Assembly (NCBI RefSeq): GCF_018350175.1
Contig: NC_058370.1
Location: 744,001 to 808,000, forward strand
Reading direction: 5' to 3'
Source of the DNA: Felis catus
Taxonomy: Eukaryota
DNA length: 64,000 bases
How positions within the stretch are numbered: position 1 is the first letter of the stretch; each line of letters opens with the position of its first letter. The position numbers were made by a program, and so were the translations under genes. This document shows positions 12,050 through 32,248 of this stretch, piece by piece. Below the pieces are notes generated by a model that worked only from the letters and a program-made list of their open reading frames with translations, made no database searches and was not told the DNA's origin.

Positions 12050-12440
12050 TTCTTTTTCTTTTCAAATTTCGATTTAAGTTCTAGTGAAAAATTAAACTCA
12101 GTTTTGAGAGAGTTGCAGATTCCCATGCAGTATAACACAGTCCACATACTCTTGTCCCGTTCAGAACATCTTGTCACAAAGGGCCACCCGGGACAGTGAC
12201 GGTGACCCGGCAAGAGCAGGACTGGTCCATCCCGCAGGGACCCTCACATGGCCTTCTGCCACCACCCCAAGCCCTCCTTTCCCCAGCAACCACTAACGTC
12301 ATCTCCATTTCTGCAGCCGTGTCCTTTCCAGAATGCTGTGTAAGAGAGCTGGATGCTTTTGGGGACTGGCTCCTTCGCTGGGCATATTTCCCTTCATCGC
12401 TGAGCGACCGTGCCTGGCATGGATGGACCAGTCTGCCCAG
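12050..12440 (-). mobile_element. Old L1M 3'-end fragment
   Basis: TTTTGAGAGAGTTGCAGATTCCCATGCAG...CCCCAGCAACCACTAAC..CTCCATTTCT..CCTTTCCAGAATG..GGGACTGGCTCCTTCGCT resembles antisense L1M 3' UTR. Confidence 0.55.
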
Positions 12441-14559
12441 CGCTGTGTGCCGCCACTTGGTCCTAGGAGCCGCGAGGGTGGGGAGCCCGGTGGTAGTGAG
12501 ATCACGGGGGGAGGGTTCACCTCCACCGCAGGCCCCCATTATGTGTCCTCCGGAAGATGAACCGAACCCACGGTGTGGTACTCTGGGCTGCCAGCCTCGG
12601 CCCGGATACCCAGGGGGCCCCCTCCTCATCCCGGCCGATCTGGTCTGAACCCTCACTCGGCCCCTGCAAGCCCAATGCCCTTAGAGAGGGGGACGCAGAG
12701 GCAGAGAGGTCTAGCACCTTACCCGAGACCATACGGCTAGTGAGCCTGACAGCAGGGCTAGAGCGCCATCATCTGACCCCGTCCAGGGTCGGGGGTCCTC
12801 TCCCCCCTTCACACACCTCTACACCCCCCCCCCCGCCTCATCCAGCACTGTCTCTGTGGTCAGGGCCGATGGAGGGCGTGAGTGGCAGAGTCAGGGCAGG
12901 GACCGTCCTGGGGGCCTGGACGCTGCTGTGTCAGGTGGGTGAGGTGAGAAAGGGAATGGCGGGTCCCAGAGCCTGGAGGCCGGAGGGCGGGCAGGGAGCC
13001 CCGAGAGCCGCCAACCACAACATGGACACAGGTGGCTCTCGCTGCCGGCCGCCTGATGCCGGGTGTGTGTGGTGCCGGGGCGGCGGGCCGTGTGGGGGTT
13101 TGTGGGGTGAGGGGACGGGAGAGGGCCCGGGCAGGGGTTGCCAGGTGCCGGGTGCTCCCTGCAGAGCCCGCTGCGCGGGGCAGAAGAGGAGGAGGACCCG
13201 TCCTGGTCACCGGGAGGTGGGGCAGGCATTCTTTGTGAGCCGGGTCCCCACCGCCCAGCACAGGTTCCTGCTAGAAAATGTCCCTGCTCTGACCTTGACG
13301 AGGTGAACTGAACCTTGCTTCCTCACCTGTAGGATGTCCTGGAGGTCTTTGTAGCGGGGAGAGGATGGGCAGCCCACTGGGCTCTTTCCTTTGGGCACCA
13401 GGCCTGGGGCCAGGCCAGAGGATGAGGAGGAACCCTCCCTGCCTGCTCTGGCCACCAAATGAACGTGCTGATCCGAGAGCCTGGGGCTCTGGGGCTCGGA
13501 GGGACTGGGAGTGTCCAGAAGGAATCTGTGTCCAGTGCTCCGAGCGCTTGACCCCAAGCACGGTCAGCACAAGCAGGACCCTTCCAGGACCCGAAGAGGC
13601 CTCCCTGCGCCGGGTGGGTCAAAGACAGGAAGCATGGCTTCCCAGGAGGAGAGCGGCGCAGGCATAAAGGACTTGAGGGGACCCGTGTGCGATAGGCAGA
13701 CTCGCCCACGGATGGGAGGAGCAGGTCGTGGGTGTGGCGGCAGGGTCGCCAAGCGGCTGGTGGAGTGGAAGCTCCAGGCCCCTTCAGTGGGTGGGCTCCA
13801 GAGAGGAGTGTCTGCCGCGGGTCTGGCCCGGGTAGGTGGCTGTTTGGCCTCTCAGTGACCAGCGGTCACACCCGTCTGTTGGCTCTGCTCAACCACATGA
13901 ACATCCAGCCGTGGATCCAGGGCAGGATTGGGAAGGGGGTTTGCGGCTGTCACAAGAGGAGTGTGGGCTCCGAGCGCTAAAGTGGATGAGCTGGGGGGAG
14001 GCCAGCGTGGGGTTGGGGGGTGGGGGGGGGGAGCATGCGGCGGCCTGGGCCCGGACCCACCTGCCCCCACCCTTCCCCCACCCTGCCCCAGGCCGCTCAG
14101 GGTTTGGTCTCCCCACCCTGCCCAGAGACAGAGCGGCCTCTCCGCCGCTGAACCCCAGTTCACATCCCTGAGGTGGGGGTCAGACATCAGCGCTTCCCCC
14201 TCCCGGTGGTGGCTGTTGGGGGGGTCTCCCGACCCCCAGGGGCCCAGAAGATACATCGCCCCATCGTCCGTGCAGCACCCACTCTGGTGCTCACCGAGCC
14301 CTGGCGGTCACCAACTCCCACCTTATGAGGGAAAAACCAGAGCGCAGGGAGCCTGCCCGCCTTGCGCGAGGTCCCAGGCTGGCCCCAGCCGGACTCAGAC
14401 TTGGCTGCAGACGTTCCTGGCCAAGCATGTGAGCCTGTCCTGCGCAGGGTTTTGTGTTGAGAGATTTGGCCAACACGTAAAGAACCAGTTTTCTAGCAAA
14501 TCCGGGTCACGGCCAGGCGCTGCGCAGCGGTGCCTCCTTCTCTGAGGGCAAGGCTCGGG

Positions 14560-14999
14560 TCAAGGGCGGGCGTGTGGTTCACTTGAGCGTGACCTCTTGC
14601 GTGCGCCCCCACCTCCGTCGTCCCACCTGCACCCACGGCCCCGCCCCGAGGCCCCGTCCCCTAGGCCCCGCCCCGTGGCCCGCCCCAGAGGCCCCGCCCC
14701 AGAGGCCCCGCCCCATGGGGGGCCCCGCCCCCAGAGGCCCCGCCCCCCGGCAGGTCCTGGGGCTGCGTCCGCCCGGGCCAGGGAGAGCGGCTGTGAGCCC
14801 CTGGGCACGAGCAGCTGGGGGGCAGCCGTGGCGTGGCCACCCTGCGCCCCTCCCTGGTCTCAACCCCAGCCCGGGAGGCGGGCGCCTTGTTGGAGGGCTC
14901 TGCAGTGACCTGTGGCCCACGCTTCGCGCCACCCGCTGACCCCTGCGGCCGCGGCCCCTCCGCTGAGGGCCCCGGTTTCGGCCCGGGACGCCCCGGAGC
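14560..14999 (+). promoter_or_regulatory. SRMS CpG-island promoter with tandem GC-box (GGCCCCGCCCC) array
   Basis: About 8 copies or near-copies of GGCCCCGCCCC at 14637-14748, immediately upstream of the ATG at 15000; TATA-less. Confidence 0.7.
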
Positions 15000-17900
15000 A
15001 TGGAGCCCTTCCTCAGAAAGCGCCTGGCCTTCCTGGCCTTCTTCTGGGACAAGATCTGGCCGGTGGGCGCGCCGGACGACGGCGTCCTGGGGCTCCCCGA
15101 CCCTGAGGCCGGCGCGGAGCCAGAGCCCCCCGCCGCAGAGCCCCGCAGCTCCCCGGCGCCCGCGCAGCTCTTCAGGGCGCTGTACGACTTCACCGCGCGG
15201 TGCGCCGACGAGCTGAGTGTCAGCCGCGGGGACAGGCTCTATGGCCTCAAGGAGGAGGGCGGCTACATCTTTGCCCGCAGGCTCTCCGGTCCGCCCAGGG
15301 CCGGGCTGGTGCCCATCACCCACCTGGCCAAGGCCACCCCGGAGACGCTCTTGGACCAACCGTGAGTATCAGCCTGCTCTGCAGCGTCAGGAGTGAGGAC
15401 ACAAGTGAGTCCTAGGATCACATGTCCCGACCCACCCTTCCTCCCTCCTGTCCCTCACGCCCTCCCTCCTGTGGCCCGGACCCACGAGGCCTTGCCATGC
15501 GGCGGTGAGCGAGCACACGGGGCGGCGCACACACACCGGTGACTGTCTCCTGGTCCTGCCAAAAGGGAGGACGGTAGTGGCTCCTGCAGGCGCGGTCGGG
15601 TCCGGTGCTGAATAAGCCGCACGGCGCGTACACACGCCACTGGCCGGGCCCCCAGCACGGTGGTCGCTCTGGGGCCCGGTCCCGCCAGCCGGGCCCTCCT
15701 GTTCTCACACAGGGATTCAGCCTGGGGAGCCGAGCACTCTGGGGGTCTCCACAACATTAAGCCGAGTGGCCATTGCTTGGAGGGCAGGGGCCAGGGTCCT
15801 GAGTGTAGTTCCAGGTGAGACATGACACGGCCCGTCCTCCCTGCGCTCCTGATCAGGATGTAAGTGACCAGAGGGGCCCTCCAGATGCAGTGAGGGGGTG
15901 AGGGGGTGAGGGGGTGCCATGCTGAGTCGGAGGGCTGCATTCACCTGCCCCTCACCGGTCCACATTCACCCAGAACTCTCCTTGCTGCCCTGGGCCAGGT
16001 GCGGGGCAGACATGACCCCGGCCTTTGGAACTGCTCCCAAAGAAGCTTGTATTGAGAGGGGGACACAGGTGGAGAGGGGGGCTCACCCATCCCGCCCTCC
16101 CCCCCTCCAGCATGCCCGAGGCCCCCAGGGCCGGGGCATTCCACAGGCAGGGATTGGCCGGCACGGACACCTGGAGGGTCACACGCCCGTCTGCAATCGT
16201 GGAGGGAGGAAGACAGACAGTGTTGGCTCCGCTGCAGGGCTTGGAGAGGGAGATGACCTCTCAGCCCAGGCTTAGGGTCTGAACGACAGGGTAGCCGTGG
16301 GTCCACCCGGCCCCGTCTTCGTAGACATCGTGCACGGGCCTCAACCATTCGATCCAAACTCTGGTTGTGGCCCCACCTGTCTTTCCCCTTAATGCAGTGG
16401 GTCAGCCTGGATGTCATGGCCGTCGCAGTGCCTGACGTCCAGACAGATGTGGCACTGGCTAGGAGGACCTCCGGGGGCGGCAGAGACGCCACCCCCCAGC
16501 CCCGGCATGCATGGAGGTGATGTGCTGGATGAGAACAGGCCAGAAGCTGGTCGGTGACCAGGCTCAGCAAAGCCAGGCCCAGCTGCCCAGACCCCTGCCC
16601 TGTCAGACCTGCCCAGGCTGACACTGGTTTCTTATCCTGTGCCCGGCTAGGCTAGGACTGAGCCCTAGACATGTCCTCTGCAGACCAGCACTGGGTCTCA
16701 ACTTCACTCAAGCCATCTCTAGTCCCCTGGGGGTTTTGCATGTGGCCTGGAAAGCCTGAGTCCTAGGAAGGCGCCTCCTGAGGGGACTCCCACCCAGTGA
16801 CCAGCCTGCTGGGAGCGATGGGAGGGACCAAGCAGCCGTTCTGATGGGGAGGGGGCCCACAGTCACTCCAGGTGTGGAGGGCAGATCCCATGAGCCACTC
16901 TTAGAGGTGGCTGGCAGGGCTGGGAGCGTCAGAGGGGGCGGTGCCGGGAGGAAGCAGTAATGAGTGTTTGCCTGGGCCTGGGATGAAAGGGCCGACCACA
17001 CTCACGGTGTCATTAGCCCCAGACACCTGGCTGTCTGTCCTCAGGGCCAGACTGGCTGGGCAGGGGAGGAGCCTCGTTCTCAGGGTTGAGGGTTGACCTG
17101 AGAACGAGGCTCCTCCAATCTTAGCTCAGCCACTGCCCCACCCCGGGGAGAGACTCCCGAGAAGGTGCCTGAAGCTCAGCGTGTGCAGGGTCTTGGCCTG
17201 CCATCGGCCTTTGCTGTGGGGCTGGGGACCCTTCTGCCCCTCCTCTCCCCCCCCACCCCCCGCCCTGCTGTCCTGGGAGGGGCCTCTGTAGCCCTTCTGA
17301 TGCCCTCCTGGCTGGTGGGCCGCGGAAGGCGGGGTCTGGCTGCGTAGTTCCTAGCTACCCACCCCCCCCATAGCTCCCCAGGTGCCCAGAGGCCTCTGTG
17401 CCAGTGCCAGCCTCCCTCTGTCTCCCTCCTGCCAGGCACTGGCCTCACCCCAGCCTCCCGGCAGCATCCGCCTGCCTGGGATGGCACAGGTTTGACCACC
17501 CAGTCCCCTCTTTTCAGGGCACCCCCACTTTGTGTCGACTCACTTCGAGTCATGCCTGGGGTCCCCTGGGATAACTGCCAGCCCCACACGCCCAGGTGGG
17601 GGTCAGAGCCCACCCTCCAGCCCCCAGAACCCTGAGTTTGCCCCCGTCAGAGGGGATGAGAGCCATGCTCACAGGGCTAGTCGCCTAGTGGCTGTGCCTC
17701 CCCCTTACAGGAGGCAGGCCTCCTGCCACGGGGTCCCCAGAATCTCCGGGAAGCAGGAGCCTCCAGGGTGGGAACCTGACTCAGGCATAGGGCTCCCCGA
17801 CCTGGGCCTTGGGAGGCAGACACAGGCAATGGGGTGGGGCCTGGTGCCTTTCCATTTTCCTTCCAAGGATGCGGAGCAGGGAGCTGCACCTGGTGTGGCC

Positions 17901-20900
17901 CAGGTGGGTTACGGCCCAAAGGGGTGTCGGATGGGGGAGCCCCGGGCAAGCCCTCACCCCCTGTCCCGCTCCACGCTCGGGTGCGTAGGCTCCTGGTATC
18001 TGGGCACCCGGTGCTTGGAGCATCTCAGCGTGTGGAGGGCCGGGGGCTGGGGCCCCTCAGAGGCAGAGGTGTTTTGAGCCCCTCCCGCCTCTGCAGGCCT
18101 GGCCAGCCTGGCTCAGCGGCCTCCTCCAGGGCCTTCCTGGCCAAGCTACCGTCAGCCGTGCTGTCCTCCCCTCGGGCGGGTGGGCTCTGCTTGGCCCGGC
18201 TGCTCGTGGTCCTCCATACACCCCTGCAGCCCGGCTGGGACCGCTCGCTGGGGGCCCTGGTTCCTGGTGCCCCCCTCCCCCGGGCAGGGGGGGCCGGGGC
18301 CGGGGCCGGTGGTCATTTTACGAGCAGGGCTAGTGGAGAACCTGCGGCCGAGGAGTGTGGACAGTGTCTCCCGACTCAGGTCCCTGCTGGTGGCCGGCCC
18401 AAGTGGTCCCCCTGTCCCCTCCCCGACGGCTCCAGAGGCTGGGCACCAAGGGCTGGGGCAGATGCAGACCTTGGGCCGGGACCCTGCACTGGGCCCTGGG
18501 TGCACCTTGTGCCTGGGAAGACGGTGGGAGCCGGGCATCGGGGCCTCTGACCGGTGTGGGGGCAGGGGTCGCTCAGGTCTGGGCCTGCTGGTGACCACCC
18601 ACCTGCCCTTCGCAGCTGGTACTTCAGCGGCGTCAGCCGTGCCCAGGCCCAGCAGATGCTCCTGTCTCCGGCCAACGGGCCTGGGGCCTTCCTCATCCGA
18701 CCCAGCGAGAGCAGCCGCGGCCACTACTCACTGTCAGGTAACGTGGCGGCCGCTAGCGCCTGTCCCCGGGCTGAGCCTGCGCCAGAACGCCCCTGACCTT
18801 GGGGCAGGTGCTCCCCAGGCCTCGCTGGCCGCACGTCGAGCTCGAAGGCACCTGCAGCTGGTCACCTCTCAGCTCACCAACCTGCTGGTTACCTTCCCTC
18901 CTGTGCCTCTGAGCTGCCCGGCCTGCACAGCCGCCCGGCCATCACTCACCCTCCCTCCCTTCTTCCGCTCATTCTCGGACTCTCCACGTGCCCTGGGCTC
19001 TGTGCCCTGTGGCCAGGAGCCCCCAGTGCCCCTCTTACTGCGCCTCTGGCTTGCGGCTGTCCACGCTCCCTCCTTTTCCGTGAGGCCCCTGAGGCGGGAT
19101 CCGAGCCCGGCCCGTGGAAGGTTGTGGTGGCCATCTGGTTGGGCTGGCGGGAGGGTCTGGGGCAGGCAGCAGCCGGAGGAGGCCTTCATCTCTGTGTGCT
19201 CACAGTCCGGGCCCAGGCCAGCGTTCGCCACTACCGCATCTGCACGGCGGCTAACGGCCTCTACCTGCAGGAGGGCCGGCTCTTCCCCAGCCTGGAGGAG
19301 CTGCTCGCTTACTACAAGGCCAACTGGAAGCTGATCCACAACCCGCTGCTGCAGCCCTGTGTGCCCCAGGTGGGTGGGCCAGTCCCGCCCCCGCCCCCTG
19401 CCCAGCACACGTGGGGAGGGGCAGAGGGGGGTGCGAGCCAGGCAGCAGGCCCAGGCCGGTCTCCGAGCGCGGCTGCAGGGGTCTGACACGGCCCGGAGCA
19501 CTGGGGGCCCTGCCTGGGGTCGGGTTTGCTCTCACAGGTACTGCGTCTCTATCTCCAAGGACTTCTGGTGCCCGCCCCCCCCCCATACCCAGTTCTGTGG
19601 GGGGCAGGTGAGGGCCGGGACAAGTGTGGGGAGGCGTCTGGGGAAGGTGCCCACAGCAGCTGTGCGCCCCAGGAGGAAGCTGTAGGAGGAGACGCCGGCA
19701 CCGGCGGCACACCCGTGCCAGAGCTGGAGCCCCCGGGCCACCACGCACCAGCCGTCCTGCCAGGGGCCAGGCAGCCATCCAGTTGCTCTGGTTTCTAATG
19801 ACGGTCTGGCCAGGCACAGTAATGAGTGCGCGTGGGTGGGAGTCCACCTCCGGCAAAGGGGCCACTTAGAGCCCGGAGCCACCGGGGCTAGACTCCTGGA
19901 GCTCATCACCTGGCTCCCCAGGCCTCCACCAGGCCGGCGTAGGGCGAGCGCCGCGGCACAGGTGCTGGAGGCCGGCGCTCCAGGGGGAACTGTCCCCTCT
20001 GTCCAGGGCGCAGCAGGAGGAGGCCCCGAGTGCCCCCCACCCCCTCAGCAGCCTCTCCTGCAGGACGGGTGGGAGCGGCCTCGCTCCGAGTTTGCCTTGC
20101 GGAGGAAGCTGGGAGAAGGCTGCTTCGGGGAGGTGTGGGAAGGTCTGTGGCTCGACTCCACACCGGTGGCAGTCAAGGTCATCAAGTCAGGTGGGTGAGG
20201 CCTGCCCGCCCCTGTCCGCCCCGCCCTCTGGCCCCTCTCGCCCCGGGGCCGCGGCAGGGTGGCACGGGCGGGGCCTGGAGCGGTGCCTCTCCCGCAGCCT
20301 ACGTGAAGCTGGCAGACCTCACCGAGGAGATCCAGACTCTCAAGAGCCTGAGGCACGAGCGTCTCATCCGGCTGCATGCCGTGTGCTCGGCCGGCGAGCC
20401 CGTGTACATCGTCACCGAGCTCATGCGCAAGGGCAATCTTCAGGCCTTCCTGGGCAGTGAGTCCTGCCCCCGACCAGGGGCCGCGGGCGACCCAGTTCTC
20501 CCCGTGCAGCCACGACCGTCGGCCCCCTTCTCGGCTTGGGCCTTTGGCGGCGTGCCAGGCTCGACTGTCAGGGCTCTGGCCCACAGCGGGCTCGGGCCCC
20601 GGGCCCGTGCTGTGCCTTGTGGGGGCACTCGGAGCGTCGAGGTTCCAGGCTGAGCGGGTGCACGAGGGGCGGGGCCCGCCCGTGTCACCAGCCCTGCGCG
20701 CCTTCCCTGCCTTGGCTCCCCTCTGTGTCTGGTCTCTCCCGGGGGCCCGGGTGGGTTGCCTCACTGAGCGGTCCCTGCACAGCACAGTGACCCTGCAGCC
20801 TTGGTGGGTAGCCCTGCCCTCACCCCCTCTTCAGGGTGAGGAGGCTGAGGCACAGGCGGAGGTGACCGGTGCAGACGCCCGGCCCCCTGATGGCCCGCCC

Positions 20901-21664
20901 CGCCCCGTCCCACAGGCCCCGAGGGACGGGCCCTGGGCCTGTCCCTCCTGCTGGGTTTTGCCTGCCACGTGGCCGAGGGCATGAGCTACCTGGAGGAGAG
21001 GCGCATCGTGCACCGCGACCTGGCCGCCAGGAACGTGCTTGTGGGTGATGACCTGGGGTGCAAGGTGGCCGACTTTGGCCTGGCCCGGCTGCTCAAGGTC
21101 AGTTCAGCTTGAGACCACCGACCCCGCCGTGGCTGGGAGGCGAGGGCGCCGCTCCGCCCCGCCCACCACCGGTGTCCCCTCACCCAGGAGGACATCTACT
21201 CCCCAAGCAGCGGCTCCAAGATCCCCGTCAAATGGACGGCGCCCGAGGCAGCCAACTACCGCATCTACTCCCAGAAGTCGGACGTCTGGTCCTTCGGAGT
21301 CCTGCTCTATGAGGTCTTTACCTACGGCCAGTGTCCCTATGAAGGTGGGCCGCAGGGGGGGCCTGATGCCGGCCGGGCAGGGTCTGGCCAAGAGCTGGGG
21401 GGAGGCGCCCACGCTGAGCCCTCAGCGGAAGAGAGCCCCCCCCCCCAGCCCTCTCGTTGCCCCTCGCCAGGACTGAGCAACCACGAGACCCTGCAGCAGG
21501 TCACCTGGGGGTACCGGCTGCCGCGCCCGGCGTCCTGCCCGGCCGAGGTCTATGCGCTCATGCTGGAGTGCTGGCGGAGCAGCCCCGAGGAGAGGCCCGC
21601 CTTCGCTGCGCTGCAGGAGACGCTGGACGCAGCCCGCAGGCGCCTCCACCCCGCCCTCACGTGA
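15000..21664 (+). CDS. SRMS: Src-related kinase lacking C-terminal regulatory tyrosine and N-terminal myristylation sites (BRK family; SH3-SH2-kinase), 493 aa
   Basis: Exons 15000-15361, 18616-18737, 19206-19369, 20049-20190, 20298-20456, 20916-21097, 21188-21344, 21471-21664 (TGA); phases 2,1,0,1,1,0,1. N-terminus [23 protein letters not shown]3 ALYDF, SH2 [13 protein letters not shown], kinase [38 protein letters not shown]. No tail tyrosine. Confidence 0.96.
17065..17116. repeat. Perfect 20-bp inverted repeat with 12-nt loop in SRMS intron 1
   Basis: GGAGGAGCCTCGTTCTCAGG (17065-17084), loop GTTGAGGGTTGA, CCTGAGAACGAGGCTCCTCC (17097-17116). Confidence 0.95.
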
Positions 21665-23057
21665 CCTGGGGCGCTGGACGCAGGGGCTGGGGCCACTCCC
21701 CGCCCGCGTGTCCCCGCAGGACAGCACTGGCCACCAACACACACGGGTGCCGGCAGCCTGGAGCCAACTCTGACCGAGGGCTGAGGGCCCTGACACACAC
21801 ACTGACCCACACTGTGTGTGTGGGTAGCTGACACACGCAGACACCCGCTGACACAGGAGGGTATGATGGCCTTTGCCCTGCGTGACCCAGTGTCCCTGCC
21901 GAGGGAAGAACTCGGCATAGAAGTCCAGGTGGGGGGATGCGCTGGGTCTGCCGCCCTGGACGTCCTCCACCCCCTCCCAGGTCGAGAGCCAGAGGCCGGA
22001 CTTCCCAGTGTTCTGCAGGGCCCCCCTGTGGCCAATGTCGGGCTGGCGGGCAGACCCCAGGCGCTGGGCACACACGGCCCAGGAACAGACCCCGGCACAT
22101 GGGAAGGCAGCGGGCACGCGATGAATGCACACCGAGCTGACCCAGACACACGCACAGACACGCATCACCCACAGGCCGCAGCCCCAGCCCCGGAACAGAC
22201 CCGGAGCTGTCATGGCCCACCAGCTGGTTCATCGTGGCAGACAGACAGCTGGCCCCATGCGGCCCAGGCCCCCGGCCCAGGATCCTAGCGTCCAGACCGG
22301 GGACCCAGAGGAAGCAGGACTTCTGGGCCACTGGCAGGACTCTGTGCCGGCCGCGGGAGCTGTGTGATAGTCCCTTCCATTTCCCTGGGGCCGGAATTGA
22401 AGGGGCGGAGGGAGGGACTGGGTCAGGCCTTGGGAAGGTCCGGCTGGCTGGCTCTTTCTGGGGACGGGGCAAAGGTCAGGGAGGCAGAGTCTGGGCCTCA
22501 GCGGCTCAGGGCCCCGGGTGCTGGCCTGCCCGTGCAGGGTCAGGCAGGGGTGGGTTGGATGCCACGGTGTTCAGGCAACTGGGTCACAACCCGGTCTCTG
22601 AGGAAAAGGAAACTGGAGGTTTCCAGCGTGTGACTGCTCCCCCAGCGGCTGATTTCAAGCCACTGTTGAGGTCACTGAATGAGGAGCTGGGTGCTGGGAG
22701 GGGAGGGGGGACGAACAGCATTGCTTCTCAATCATCCTGCCCAGCTCTGGTCACTAAGAGACGGACAGACGGAGGGCCGGGGTCCCGGGCAGGGGAGATG
22801 TATGCTCAGGGTCTTTACCCTCCACTCCTGTGCCCCCCATGATGACAGCTGCGCCCCGAAGGCCTGTGGGACGGAAGGACAGAGGCGGCTGAGTCTGCTC
22901 ACCGTCTCCTGGAGAGAACCGCCCATGTGCACAGTTCGAGGCAGGGTGCGCCTGCTGAGGCCAATTAGCCCCGCCCCGCTTGACGTGAAGTGTTGGGGTT
23001 CGGAGCCGACGGCTAAGAAAGAACTCTTGAGATGTTTTTGGTGCAAAAGGTGGTCTT

Positions 23058-23063
23058 ATTAAA
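23058..23063 (+). terminator. Candidate SRMS polyadenylation signal (ATTAAA)
   Basis: The only common PAS hexamer I found between the SRMS stop and the PTK6 start. Confidence 0.4.
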
Positions 23064-25000
23064 GCGTGAGGACAGGACCTGTGGGCAGCAAGAGCCGCAC
23101 TGGGGTTGTGGGGGGTGATGGGTTATATAAAATGTTCTATCCTATGGAGGGGAACGTGACGTTAGGGCTTCAGGAAATTGAATCCATAGGTTCCCGGGAG
23201 TTTGGCTGTTGATAAAATGGCTTTTTTCCTTGTAAATCATGAAGACGGTTGTAGACTGACAGACTCGTGTCCTGCGTGACCGTGATCTCTACCAGTTATC
23301 TGTTTGCCCCTTTTCCTTTGTTCTGGGGGCCAGGAGAGCGTGAAGAGAGTCACACACATCCCATGGGGGAGGGGCCGAGGCGGGGGAGGGGGTAGCTTGT
23401 GCTCAGCCCTCAGCTGGCCTTTGTTTCCCACATCACCACTGATGACAGGCCCTGCCCTCGGGCTGGCAGGAGGCTGTGCAGGGCTGGATGGTGGGGGGCT
23501 TCCCAGAGGGGAGGGTGCTGAGGTCACCAAGGGGAGGGCCGCACAGAGGGAGGAGGGAGGACACGGCAGGGCCCGGGTATGAGTCAGGGTTGAGTGGGGA
23601 GAGGACGGGGGCTCCTTACATTGGGTGCCGGGCGTGGGCCAGCCCTCACGGGGGGGGGGGAGGGGGGGCGGGAGGAATGGGTGGGCCTGGCGGCAGCCCC
23701 AGGTTCCCCCACCCCCCACCCCCCGGTCCTGCCCGCGACAGACGGAGGAGCAGGTGAGTGTGGCGTGGGGCCGGGCCGTGGCCTCTGAGGGAAGGAAGGG
23801 AGGGAACAGCTGGGCTTGGACCAGACGCAGGTGTGCGTGGGGGTCACCGGTGCGTGCCTGGCGTGTGTCATCAGCCACAAGCTGGACGGGTTTGGTGCTC
23901 AGGGGCTTCCAGGTGTGGCCCGGACAGAACCGGGACGTCCGTGCCCAGGAGCCGACTGGAGCAAATGGCCCCACAATGAGGGAGGCCTCGTGGCTGGTTG
24001 GGGGGGGGGGCTGCCTTGGAGCCCTGGGCGCGGGAGATGCCTCGCAGGCCCCGCCCAGCCGGGCCCCCTCCCCACCCTGCTCTGCCAGTAGGACTGTGAC
24101 CTTACTGAATGACCACACTCCTGTTCTTGACCCTTCCCTTTCCAAAAGAGGGAAGGGCCAAGAAATCAGGCTCAGTATCTGGTTTTCCCTGGTCCTTGTC
24201 CTCCCGGACCTCCCATCAAGGGGGCAGGCTGGGGCAGGCCGACCACGGATGGACGGCGCACCTGGAGCCCTCCCCGCGCCCTGGCTGCCGGCTCCCCTTG
24301 GGGGCTGGGCCCCGCCTGCCCCCACCCCGAGGCCCCGGTGGCGCTCCCTCTTTCCGGCGCCTGCCCACCCTGTCCTGTGTCTTGGAGGCCAGCGCAGCTC
24401 CCCTGGGTGGTCGGACGTCTGGGGAAGGGAGTGTGTGGTGGGCCCCCAGGGGTCAGCCTTCAGGGAGGGGATGGGAGGCCACACCCACCGGGGCTCCAGG
24501 GGTGACTCTGGAGAGCTCAGCCCCAGCGGCCCCGGGGGTCGGGCAGCGCTGATGTGCCCAGGGGTCTCCGACCCCCCTCCCGCTCACTCCCACCTAGGTT
24601 CCACTCACGCCAGAGCCCCGGTTGCTAAACTGGACCCCAGGGAGGCCCTGTCTGACCCGCTACTCGTCCCCCCCCCTGGGAGGGCGGGGGCTCAGGTCCA
24701 GCCACGCGACCGTGTGGTGGGCACGCTTTCCAGGGCAGGTGGGCGGGAGCAGTACCCAGACTGACTTGGCCTCAGTGGGCAGGAGGACAGGTGGAGCCCA
24801 GGGCAGAGGCCCATCCGGGCTGCGGGTGCGGCCGGCCTGGCTTAGCCGCCTCGGCACCAGGAAGTGGGCTGGCTTCTCGGCCGGGTGGAGGTGGCCTGTC
24901 AGGGCGGGCCCCACCCGCCGTTCCTAGCCACAGGTGGTGCCGCCACCAGCCCGGTGACAGGTGTTGAGGCCAGGAAGCCGGTCCTGCCGCTGCACCCGCC

Positions 25001-32248
<7,248 letters not shown>

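Noticed and set aside
15590-15612. REST/RE1-like motif (TTCAGCACC on minus); a similar half-site at 10161
   Set aside because: Only the left half matches; the GGACAG half is missing or mis-spaced.
23120-23230. TATATAAA followed about 95 nt later by a T6 run, a possible type-3 Pol III RNA gene
   Set aside because: There is no recognisable PSE, and the sequence does not resemble any snRNA, Y, vault or 7SK RNA I know.
23237-24764. Long overlapping ORFs (415 aa minus, 379 aa plus) between SRMS and PTK6
   Set aside because: They are Pro/Gly/Ala/Arg-rich with no recognisable domain, as expected from stop-codon scarcity in very GC-rich DNA.
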